Part shown: one piece after another, positions 29,061 to 36,688 of the stretch
Numbering within the stretch: the first letter of the stretch is position 1
Layout of the letters: each line of letters begins with the position of its first letter
Origin: Pseudomonadota bacterium
GTDB lineage: Bacteria > Desulfobacterota > WTBG01 > JAGOGO01
NCBI GenBank assembly: GCA_043798555.1
Contig: JAZDOO010000229.1
Span: 1 to 37,830 of the forward strand
DNA: 37,830 nucleotides
Direction: 5' to 3'
Position numbers and translations under genes: made by a program
Notes under the pieces: model-generated
Told to the model about the DNA's origin: nothing
What the model saw: the letters and a program-made list of their open reading frames with translations, nothing else
Databases searched by the model: none

Positions 29061-29789
29061 ATGACGGACAAGAAACTTAATAGAGGAGTAGCCATCACTT
29101 TTCTGGGACATGCGTGCTTTAAATTCGGTTCTCCTGAAGGGACTCAAATCCTGATTGATCCCTGGTTAAAAGATAACCCCCAGACTCCCGCCGGTGCTGA
29201 AGAAGTGGGTAAACTGGATATTATTCTTGTTACTCACGGACACGGGGATCATTTAGGGGACACGATCAGTTTAGCCAAAAAGTCTGGTGCTATCGTCATT
29301 TCCATGCCTGAGGTTGGTCAATACTTAATTCGAAAAGGACTTAACCCGGAGAAAACCGTAGGGATGAACAAAGGAGGGACAGTGCAGATTGGAGACCTTT
29401 GGGTCACAATGGTACACGCTATTCATAGTTCTTCTATTGCCGAAGGGGATGACCTCATTTATGGTGGGGAGGCAACAGGGTTCGTAGTCCGGTTTAATAA
29501 TGGGTTCACCCTTTACCATGCCGGAGACACCGGAGTCTTTGGAGATATGAAAATTATCGGTGATTTATATAAGCCAGAACTGGCTATTCTACCGATCGGA
29601 AGCCATTATGTGATGGGGCCGGAAGAGGCTGCTTACGCCTGCACGTTATTAAAACCAAACTATGTGATTCCGATGCATTTTGGCACGTTTCCGGTTCTCA
29701 CTGGGACACCGGAACGATTTCAAGAGTTAATGAAAAACCTACCGGACGTCGAGATCTTGGTTATGAAGCCCGGAGAAACGATACATTAA
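29061..29789 (+). CDS. Metal-dependent hydrolase, MBL fold (UPF0173-like)
   Basis: FLGHACF, ILIDPW, THGHGDH, GMNKGG, YHAGDT, IPMHFGTFP; AAAGGAGG RBS. Confidence 0.93.
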   Translation: MTDKKLNRGVAITFLGHACFKFGSPEGTQILIDPWLKDNPQTPAGAEEVGKLDIILVTHGHGDHLGDTISLAKKSGAIVISMPEVGQYLIRKGLNPEKTVGMNKGGTVQIGDLWVTMVHAIHSSSIAEGDDLIYGGEATGFVVRFNNGFTLYHAGDTGVFGDMKIIGDLYKPELAILPIGSHYVMGPEEAAYACTLLKPNYVIPMHFGTFPVLTGTPERFQELMKNLPDVEILVMKPGETIH

Positions 29790-29790
29790 A

Positions 29791-30297
29791 CTATTTCGAT
29801 TTTGCTTGTTTTAATACGCTATTGATTCTTTTTCTCCCTTCGGGAGAGAGGTTTAGAAATTTAATTCCCATTCCGGGGGGGGCTTTTTCTTTGCTGGCAA
29901 CCATTTCTTCTGACCTGGTCCAGACAACCTCACCGGAAACTTCTAATTCTTCTCCCCCATCAGGGAGAAGAATCTTTAAATTAATCCGCGCCCCTCGCTC
30001 CAGAGGATGATCAGTTTTAAGGAAAACTCCGCCCAGGCCGATATCAAACAAGTAGCTGCTTACCAGGGCTTGGGCCGAAGAATAGGCAATTTTAAACTTT
30101 TTAGGAACTCGATCATATTGTCGTCGCTCATTAATACTCCCTGGCACCGGACCCTCAGTTACGTTCCTTATAAGCCGAATGGTTTCTGAACCATAGCTGG
30201 TGCCACACCCGGGGCACTCCTTGGCATCGGCGGGTACAGTTCTAGTACAATAGGGACAGGCTATGGAGAACTTTTCCTTGCTTCCTAAAGTGCTCAT
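29791..30297 (-). CDS. Zinc-ribbon plus PilZ domain protein (TIGR02266-like)
   Basis: CPYC...CPGC, then ERRQYDR (RxxxR), DIGLGGVFL, GEVVW, PGMGIKF. Confidence 0.85.
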   Translation of the reverse strand: MSTLGSKEKFSIACPYCTRTVPADAKECPGCGTSYGSETIRLIRNVTEGPVPGSINERRQYDRVPKKFKIAYSSAQALVSSYLFDIGLGGVFLKTDHPLERGARINLKILLPDGGEELEVSGEVVWTRSEEMVASKEKAPPGMGIKFLNLSPEGRKRINSVLKQAKSK

Positions 30298-30299
30298 TT

Positions 30300-32192
30300 C
30301 TATTTATCCTTTGCACAACGAAACCCAATGCTATTAAACTGACTTGTGGGATTCATCTTTTTTCTTTCCCCGCATCGGGAGGTAAAAGCCATGTTGCTCC
30401 ACGATCCTCCCCGCACAACTTTATTTACGCCTTGATCTGGACCTCGAGTGTTCTGGGATGGATTGAGCTCGTCATCATAAGAGGAGTACCCGTCAGCACA
30501 CCATTCCCAGACGTTTCCCGCCATATCATAAAGGCCATACTGATTCGGTGGATAGCTTCCTACTGGCCGAGTACCGTTTGCTCCTCCTTCCCAGCTATTT
30601 AACCGTTCAGGGTCCATTTCATCTCCCCAGGGCCATAACTTGTCTACCAGTCCTCCTCGGGCTGCCTTCTCCCACTCAGCCTCGGTGGGAAGCCTTTTCC
30701 CAATCCAACGTGCATACGTCTGAGCGTCTTCCCAACTCACTAAAACTACTGGGTGATCTCCCTTTCCCGGAGGGTACGTGTTATTTATCCAATTGTATTC
30801 TTTTGCCCATTCTTCATCTACAAAAGGCCCCATATGGCCCGTAGCATCGACAAATTTCTTGTATTCTTTATTGGTAACCTCATGTTTGTCAATATAAAAA
30901 GCTTTTAGATAAACGTTGTGGGCGGGTTGTTCGTCTGCTAACCAGCCACCTTTGCTATCCGGAAATATTTCTAAAATCCGCTCCACTGATTCCTTCGATG
31001 TACCCATAATAAACTCCCCTTCGGGGATTAAGGTCATATCCTTAGGAACGCGGGAAATGCTTATTACATCATGTTTATAAGCAAACAGACCAATCCCCAA
31101 AAGAACTACCACCAATGAAGCTATTGCTACTGATTTCCAGGGAAATGCTCTCCTCGTCTCATGTCTGGAAATACCAGGAACATATTTTGGGGTAATAGGT
31201 TTACCCCTTTTCTTCTCTTTAGGGGTAACTCCCTGGGCCTCTTCAAACCGCCTGAATCTTTCTGTCTCTGAAGGTATATGAGCAATCAATTCCGCTTCTG
31301 TGGCAATAAACATGCTGGTCCGTTTTTCCAACAACTCCCTTATTTCTCCGGCTGTCTGCCATCGTTCTTCGGGTCGCTTAGCCAGCATTTTCATTACCAA
31401 TCTTTCCAGCCGTTCAGGAGCTTTTGGGCAAAGGTCACGCAAAGCAGCAGGGGTATCCTTAAGGTGTTTAAGAAGCGTTGCCATGGGCGTGTCCCCGAAA
31501 AAAGGCACTTTCCCCGTTAACATTTCGTAGAGTACAATTCCCAAAGAATAAATATCTGACTGCGGCCCAATCGAGCGACCCTCGGCCTGCTCAGGAGACA
31601 TGTATTCGGGGGTTCCTATAATCAATCCAGAGGTAGTGACCCCAGCTTCTCCTGAAACGATTTTGGCAATTCCAAAATCGGCAACTTTGACAGAAAAATT
31701 CGGAGAATCACCCGTTATGACTGCCGGGATGAGCATTATGTTACCGGGTTTAATGTCCCTATGAATTACTCCCTGGCGATGAGCTTCTTCTAAAGCCCGC
31801 AGAATCTGAATTGCAATATCAACGGTCTGAGGAATGGGAAGAACACCGTGTTTTTTTATCAAAGTTTTCAGCGTAATTCCGTCAACCCACTCCATGGTGA
31901 TAAATTTCCGGTCTTCTCCCCAGTAGAGATCAAACATTCCCACAATGTTAGGGTTACGAAGTTTACGGGTAGTCTTAGTCTCTAATTTAAACCGCTGAAG
32001 GCTCTGGGGGTCCATCTGAAGTTCAGGCCGAAGAATCTTAATGGCTATAGTGTCGTTTAATTCTTGGTCGTACGCCTTGTAGACCCCCCCCATTCCTCCC
32101 ATACCTATCAGCGCAAGGATTCGATAACGATTAGCAACAACGGTACCTTCAATTTTAGGCAGGATGGGATCTTGAAAAGAAGTTTCTTCCAT
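30300..32192 (-). CDS. Hanks-type Ser/Thr kinase - TM - FGE-sulfatase (SUMF1) domain fusion
   Basis: IGMGGMGGVY, AIK, HRDIKPGN, DFG, GTPEYMSPE; one TM helix; then GEFIMG, RLPTEAEWEKAARGG, YDMAGNVWEW, RGGSW, GFRC. Confidence 0.93.
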   Translation of the reverse strand: MEETSFQDPILPKIEGTVVANRYRILALIGMGGMGGVYKAYDQELNDTIAIKILRPELQMDPQSLQRFKLETKTTRKLRNPNIVGMFDLYWGEDRKFITMEWVDGITLKTLIKKHGVLPIPQTVDIAIQILRALEEAHRQGVIHRDIKPGNIMLIPAVITGDSPNFSVKVADFGIAKIVSGEAGVTTSGLIIGTPEYMSPEQAEGRSIGPQSDIYSLGIVLYEMLTGKVPFFGDTPMATLLKHLKDTPAALRDLCPKAPERLERLVMKMLAKRPEERWQTAGEIRELLEKRTSMFIATEAELIAHIPSETERFRRFEEAQGVTPKEKKRGKPITPKYVPGISRHETRRAFPWKSVAIASLVVVLLGIGLFAYKHDVISISRVPKDMTLIPEGEFIMGTSKESVERILEIFPDSKGGWLADEQPAHNVYLKAFYIDKHEVTNKEYKKFVDATGHMGPFVDEEWAKEYNWINNTYPPGKGDHPVVLVSWEDAQTYARWIGKRLPTEAEWEKAARGGLVDKLWPWGDEMDPERLNSWEGGANGTRPVGSYPPNQYGLYDMAGNVWEWCADGYSSYDDELNPSQNTRGPDQGVNKVVRGGSWSNMAFTSRCGERKKMNPTSQFNSIGFRCAKDK

Positions 32193-32405
32193 AATCGGTA
32201 AATCTCAGGATGGACAGTTTATAAACCCTAAGGAAAGCGTGTCGAAACTTATCGAAAATTCTTAACATTTTTATTACTACCCGTCAAGAAAGAAAAGGCG
32301 GACACTAACCAAAGTTTTTATCTTTCATTTTAAAAAAACCCTTGGTATAAATGATTACTTTTTGCATTGGACTCGTAGAACTCACCAACCGGTTAGAAAA
32401 GAGTT

Positions 32406-33317
32406 ATGAAAATTACGTTATTAGGAACAGGAGGAGCTATCCCAACTCTTCGCCGTAACCTTCCTGCCGTGGCGCTGCAACGGGAGGGGGATATTTTCCT
32501 TTTTGACTGCGGAGAGGGCACGCAAGTCCAGCTTATTCGCGCATCATTAAGTCCTGGAAAACTTTCTGCCATTTTCCTGAGCCACCTCCACGGAGACCAT
32601 GTGACCGGCCTTCCGGGACTCCTTATGACCATGATGCATCAAGCCCGTGAGAAGCCTCTTTTTATCTTCGGGCCTCCCGGAACCAAAGAATATCTTAACC
32701 TGATCCGAAAATGTTTGGGATTTAACCCCCCTTATCTTCTGGATATCCGTGAAATCTCTGAGGGGCGGGTTTATTCCGGTTCAGACTTCTGGGTAGAGGC
32801 TGTAGGCGTTGACCATAAGCCTCATACCTTTGCTTTTTCACTTGAAGAAGAACCGCGCCCGGGCCGGTTTTTCCCTGATAAGGCAAAGGAGTTGGGGGTA
32901 CCGAAGGGCCCCCTGTTTGGTAAACTGCAGCGCGGAGAAACGTTGACCCTCGAGGGTGGAGAAGTGATTACTCCCTCAATGGTTATGGGCCCGTCCCGTA
33001 AAGGAAGAAAATTTGTTTATGTCACTGATACCCGGCCCTGTCCTCAGATAATCGAGCTTGCCAAAGAAGCGGATTTTTTAATCCATGAAGGGATGTTTGC
33101 AGGCGACATGGAAGAAGAAGCCCGGCTCAAGGGACACTCTACCATCTCGCAGGCAGCAAGGATAGCAGTGGAGGCGAAGGTAAAAAAGTTAGTGATCACC
33201 CACATCAGCTCCCGATACCGACAAATTAACGAACTCCTTGATGAAGCGCGGGCCATCTTTCCTCACGCTATTATCGGTCGGGATTTGATGGAATTTGAAA
33301 TACCGGTTCATAAATAA
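32406..33317 (+). CDS. rnz: Ribonuclease Z
   Basis: LGTGGAIPT, FDCGEGTQ, SHLHGDH, GP-rich exosite (LGVPKGPLFGKLQRG), DTRP, GHST, THISSRY. Confidence 0.96.
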   Translation: MKITLLGTGGAIPTLRRNLPAVALQREGDIFLFDCGEGTQVQLIRASLSPGKLSAIFLSHLHGDHVTGLPGLLMTMMHQAREKPLFIFGPPGTKEYLNLIRKCLGFNPPYLLDIREISEGRVYSGSDFWVEAVGVDHKPHTFAFSLEEEPRPGRFFPDKAKELGVPKGPLFGKLQRGETLTLEGGEVITPSMVMGPSRKGRKFVYVTDTRPCPQIIELAKEADFLIHEGMFAGDMEEEARLKGHSTISQAARIAVEAKVKKLVITHISSRYRQINELLDEARAIFPHAIIGRDLMEFEIPVHK

Positions 33318-33319
33318 AC

Positions 33320-33404
33320 TACCCCGCCGCAAGCAGCGGGGTATTAGATTCCCTGGATTCCGGCTTCCGCCGGAATGACGAACTCGCCGCAAGCGGCGGG
33401 GAAT
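33320..33404. repeat. Composite palindromic element: two CGCCGCAAGC(A/G)GCG hairpins flanking a dRS3-like REP half
   Basis: TACCCCGCCGCAAGCAGCGGGGTA (33320-33343), TGGATTCCGGCTTCCGCCGGAATGAC (33354-33379), CGCCGCAAGCGGCGGGGAAT (33385-33404). Confidence 0.8.
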
Positions 33405-33496
33405 ACAACCCGAAGAGATTTAACGATACTGTCAAAAGGGTTAAAGATGCATCAAAGGGCAGGGCCTAATAAATCGTTTCCCAACTATCTCATACA

Positions 33497-34207
33497 ATGA
33501 CCAGGATGAGACGGACACTATTCTTTCTTATTTTAAGTCTTGGCTCCTTAAAAATAGGTATGACCGCAGAACCAGTAGTTTATAAGGTGGTGTTCGGAAA
33601 TACTTCTCTTTCCCTTTTCTTTGTAGCCTTAGGATACGCAGTCCTTGGGCCAAGAGTCTTTTCAAAAAGGAACGATGGCTTTTTCCCTTTTTGGAGCTAC
33701 CTATTACATTGGCCCTATTTCTTCATTAACTGCCTTACTTTCAAAATATGGCAAATAGCCATTACAGAACCTTATTATACCCAATTATCAGAAAATCTAT
33801 TCATTGGCCGGAGGCTAACATTAGGGGATAGACCAAAGACAGCGGAAATCGGAATCGCAAATGTGCTTGACCTCACCTGTGAATTTCCGGAGGTTAGTTT
33901 TTTAAAAAAAGTCCCAAACTATTTATGTATTCCCCTAATGGATACCCAAGCGCCAACTTTAAGCCAATTGCAAGAAGGGGTTGAGTGGATTAGAAAGAGT
34001 GTTTTGTCGGGCCTTACTTTTGTCCACTGTGCTTTTGGACACGGAAGAAGTGCCCTCTTTGTAGTCGCATATTTACTCAGCAGGAATTCCGATCTAACCG
34101 TGGGTGAAGCAATAAACCAGTTAAAAGAAAAACATCCAAGAATACGTTTAACAAAAAAACAGATTGAAAAATTGCACCAATTCAAAACCTCACTAAATGC
34201 AATCTAG
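33497..34207 (+). CDS. Membrane-associated dual-specificity phosphatase family protein (similar to the YnbD C-terminal part)
   Basis: Hydrophobic N-terminus, LFIGRR, VLDLTCEFPE, catalytic VHCAFGHGRS (HCxxGxxRS). Confidence 0.85.
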   Translation: MTRMRRTLFFLILSLGSLKIGMTAEPVVYKVVFGNTSLSLFFVALGYAVLGPRVFSKRNDGFFPFWSYLLHWPYFFINCLTFKIWQIAITEPYYTQLSENLFIGRRLTLGDRPKTAEIGIANVLDLTCEFPEVSFLKKVPNYLCIPLMDTQAPTLSQLQEGVEWIRKSVLSGLTFVHCAFGHGRSALFVVAYLLSRNSDLTVGEAINQLKEKHPRIRLTKKQIEKLHQFKTSLNAI

Positions 34208-34279
34208 GGTTAACGATTATTGAGCTATCATCCTGGATATGAATTTATTGGCTCTTCTGCTAACCTATATCTCAGATTA

Positions 34280-34643
34280 GTGTATCGCTTTTGCGTCTTG
34301 TCATCAGTAGCTTACCTCATCCGTTTGGTAGCCCTTCCGGTAGAAGCGGTAAGCATCACCTTAACTCCGATCCTGGTGAAAATTTTGCGGATAGCATTGA
34401 TAATGGTCGTTTTTCCGATACCCGGACCACCGGTGATAACTACTACCTTACTCTTGAGAGTACACTTGATGGCCTCTATCTGTTTTTCAGCCAGAGTAAG
34501 GGAAAGTTGTTTTAAACCCATTTAAGGGCTTTTTCTGGATCAATTTCCCTAATTGATTTAGGGGCTTTTAAAATAGCCTCTGGTCGGTTGGCAATGCTTG
34601 TCTCGGATAGATGAAACTTGGTTAGATAGACTGCCTTATTGTT
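34280..34643 (-). pseudogene. recD2: RecD2-like helicase internal fragment, degraded
   Basis: NNKAVYLTKFHLSETSIA...IDPEKALKWV then a stop and frameshift, then QLSLTLAEKQIEAI...VITGGPGIGKTT...TASTGRATKRM, a stop, and an AKAIH remnant. Confidence 0.85.
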
Positions 34644-34784
34644 TAAGGAAAACCTTCTTCCTTACTTCCTGGCCAACGGGAATTCCGGCGGGGATGATAT
34701 TTTTTGATGAAAAATTTTAGTTGTGTTATAAATTTCGAGAACCGAAAAACGGACATCCAGAAAACCTAAAGAGGGAGGGGTAAG

Positions 34785-35177
34785 ATGAGCAAATGGAAAA
34801 AGATAGACCCAGGTTGGAAGTGGGATGACAAATTCATTTTTTCTCAAGCCATTCAGGTTGGCAACACGATTTATCTCTCCGGCCAAGTGGCATTTGACCC
34901 GGATGGAAATGTGGTGGGTAAAGGAGACATGAAGGCCCAGACCCGCCAGGCTTGGGAGAACATAAAAGCCGTCCTTGAGGCAGCTGGGGCTTCACTAAAT
35001 GATGTGGTTAAGATCACCCAATTCATCACGGACATGAGTCGTTTTATGGAGACTCAAGAAGTGCGAAAAGAATATTTTACTGATCCTGCTCCGGCATCAA
35101 CTACTGTAGAAGTTAAATCCTTGGCATTTCCTGACCTCCTTATTGAGATAGAGGTAGTGGCAGTTAAGTCTTCATAG
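34785..35177 (+). CDS. Rid (YjgF/YER057c/UK114) family protein
   Basis: FSQAIQVGNTIYLSGQV, NIKAVLEAAG, DVVK, PAST, LIEIE; GAGGGAGG RBS. Confidence 0.92.
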   Translation: MSKWKKIDPGWKWDDKFIFSQAIQVGNTIYLSGQVAFDPDGNVVGKGDMKAQTRQAWENIKAVLEAAGASLNDVVKITQFITDMSRFMETQEVRKEYFTDPAPASTTVEVKSLAFPDLLIEIEVVAVKSS

Positions 35178-35193
35178 CCTATTCGGATTCTAT

Positions 35194-35221
35194 AAGGGGG
35201 TCTCTCATTGAGAGCCTTTTT
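35194..35221 (+). terminator. Putative intrinsic terminator after the Rid gene
   Basis: AAGGGGGTCTCTC-att-GAGAGCCTTTTT. Confidence 0.6.
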
Positions 35222-35253
35222 ATGGGAATGGATGGAGAACATGGGGCACAGGG

Positions 35254-35487
35254 GCACATGGGGACGTTGGTGCAAAGAGAAATAATACTTGAGCAAAAGC
35301 AGATGAAAGAATATTCACCCCAAGGGGACGTTGGTGCAGAATGTACTTATGGTCCAGTCAAAGAGGAATAAGCGGGTTGCTTGCCAAGGAGATGATACAG
35401 GGCTTTGATTGAAATGCCCCACAGAATAAATTGCGTTTGCACCAACGTCCCCATGTGCTGTTCTCCAACGTCCCCATGTGCTGTTCT
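35254..35487. mobile_element. MITE/REP-like element with 23-bp perfect inverted repeats and extra copies of the GGGGACGTTGG core
   Basis: GCACATGGGGACGTTGGTGCAAA (35254-35276) and its exact reverse complement (35436-35458); an internal direct copy at 35324-35338; a 23-bp tandem duplication at 35442-35464 / 35465-35487. Confidence 0.7.
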
Positions 35488-35489
35488 TT

Positions 35490-35630
35490 CAAGATGAACA
35501 CGAACGCCGGTTCTATGAAATCGAGGCCGAGAACCAGAATTGGTCGCTGCTGGAACTGCGGCGACAGTTCAACTCATCGCTTTATGAGCGGCTTGCTTTA
35601 AGTCGGGACAAGGAAAAGGTTCGTGATCTC
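35490..35630 (+). pseudogene. Internal fragment of a DUF1016/YhcG (PDDEXK nuclease) gene
   Basis: DEHERRFYEIEAENQNWSLLELRRQFNSSLYERLALSRDKEKV, with no native start or end. Confidence 0.8.
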
Positions 35631-35669
35631 AATAATAATGTAAAGTTGCATTTGAGAATCAACGTCCCC

Positions 35670-36362
35670 CTAATTCGGATGAAACCCATTCTCTTTGAAG
35701 CTAAAATAACTATTTCCACCAATTATAATATGGTCCAACAAAACAATATCCACAGTTTCGAGGGCGGTTTTTATGGCATTTGTTATTGTGTTATCATCCT
35801 GCGATGGCTGTAAAGTACCTGCCGGATGATTATGCGCAATAATAACACCAGCCGTGTGATTATACAGCGCCCGCTCTACAATCTTTCTAGGGTAAATCAC
35901 GGATCTATTGACCGTACCGGTTTTTAGTGTTTCAACAGCTATTAATTGATTCCTGCTGTCTAAAAAAAGTGTTTTAAACTCTTCGTCAACCGCTCCTTTT
36001 AAAGAGGCCTTTAGATAATCATAAACAACTTGAGGAGATGAAAGCAGGTCCTTGTTGTGTAGCCCCTTTTCTAAATAAAAAATTGCGATATCTTTCAGCA
36101 AATTTAAAAACAATGCTATGTGATTTGAAATCCCGTTTATAGTCTGTAGCTCTTTTATATCAGAATCCAGCACGCCATTAATAGTCTTAAAGCGTGATAA
36201 CAATTCTTTGGCAATCGGTTTTGTATCTTTTCGAGGAATTGCATACGACAATACTAACTCCAACACTTCATAATCCAGCCAGCCATCTATTCCGGATTTT
36301 TCGTATTTCCCCTTTATCCTTTTGCGATGCCCGATATAACTTGACTTTTTAGTTTCAATCAT
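35670..36362 (-). CDS. radC: RadC/JAB domain protein (UPF0758)
   Basis: GHRKR, YEVLELVLSYAIPRKDTKPIAK, GTVNRSVIYPR, AHNHPAG...S..D, LLDHIII. Confidence 0.95.
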   Translation of the reverse strand: MIETKKSSYIGHRKRIKGKYEKSGIDGWLDYEVLELVLSYAIPRKDTKPIAKELLSRFKTINGVLDSDIKELQTINGISNHIALFLNLLKDIAIFYLEKGLHNKDLLSSPQVVYDYLKASLKGAVDEEFKTLFLDSRNQLIAVETLKTGTVNRSVIYPRKIVERALYNHTAGVIIAHNHPAGTLQPSQDDNTITNAIKTALETVDIVLLDHIIIGGNSYFSFKENGFHPN

Positions 36363-36685
36363 GCTGTCTCTTTTAACTGATTACTGCACTTCTCACAATC
36401 AGGCAAAAATGCGAACATAAGACTCTTGAACAGCTTGCCATGATTCGGCACTTTCATATGAAGAAGTTCATGCAACACAACATAATCTATCAAATTCCTG
36501 CGCTTCTCAAGGAGCTCAGAATTAAATGTAAGACGGCCGCTTCCCGAAAGGGATGCCCATTTTGTCTTCATAAGTCTAAGATGTATTTCTTTGGGCTCGA
36601 CCTTAAGCTTAATAGCCCAATCCCATACAATGGATTTAAAATCTTTTGCCTCAATCTTGCTGTCACTCATCAAAAGACCTGACAT
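36359..36685 (-). CDS. Short YgjP-like (DUF45/M48) HExxH metalloprotein
   Basis: MKTKWASLS, LTFN, DYVVLHELLH, PNHGKLF; directly downstream of hsdR. Confidence 0.85.
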   Translation of the reverse strand: MSGLLMSDSKIEAKDFKSIVWDWAIKLKVEPKEIHLRLMKTKWASLSGSGRLTFNSELLEKRRNLIDYVVLHELLHMKVPNHGKLFKSLMFAFLPDCEKCSNQLKETA

Positions 36686-36688
36686 GAA

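Noticed and set aside
30300-30460. FGE domain as a diversity-generating retroelement target
   Set aside because: No reverse transcriptase and no template-repeat copy of this 3' end is visible in the window; a remote DGR cannot be excluded.
35254-35669. Possible CRISPR array
   Set aside because: The copies are in mixed orientation with irregular spacing and only 9-23 bp of identity, and there are no cas genes.
35478-35813. 111-aa ORF as a real gene
   Set aside because: It is a chimera of repeat sequence, the DUF1016 fragment and antisense radC.
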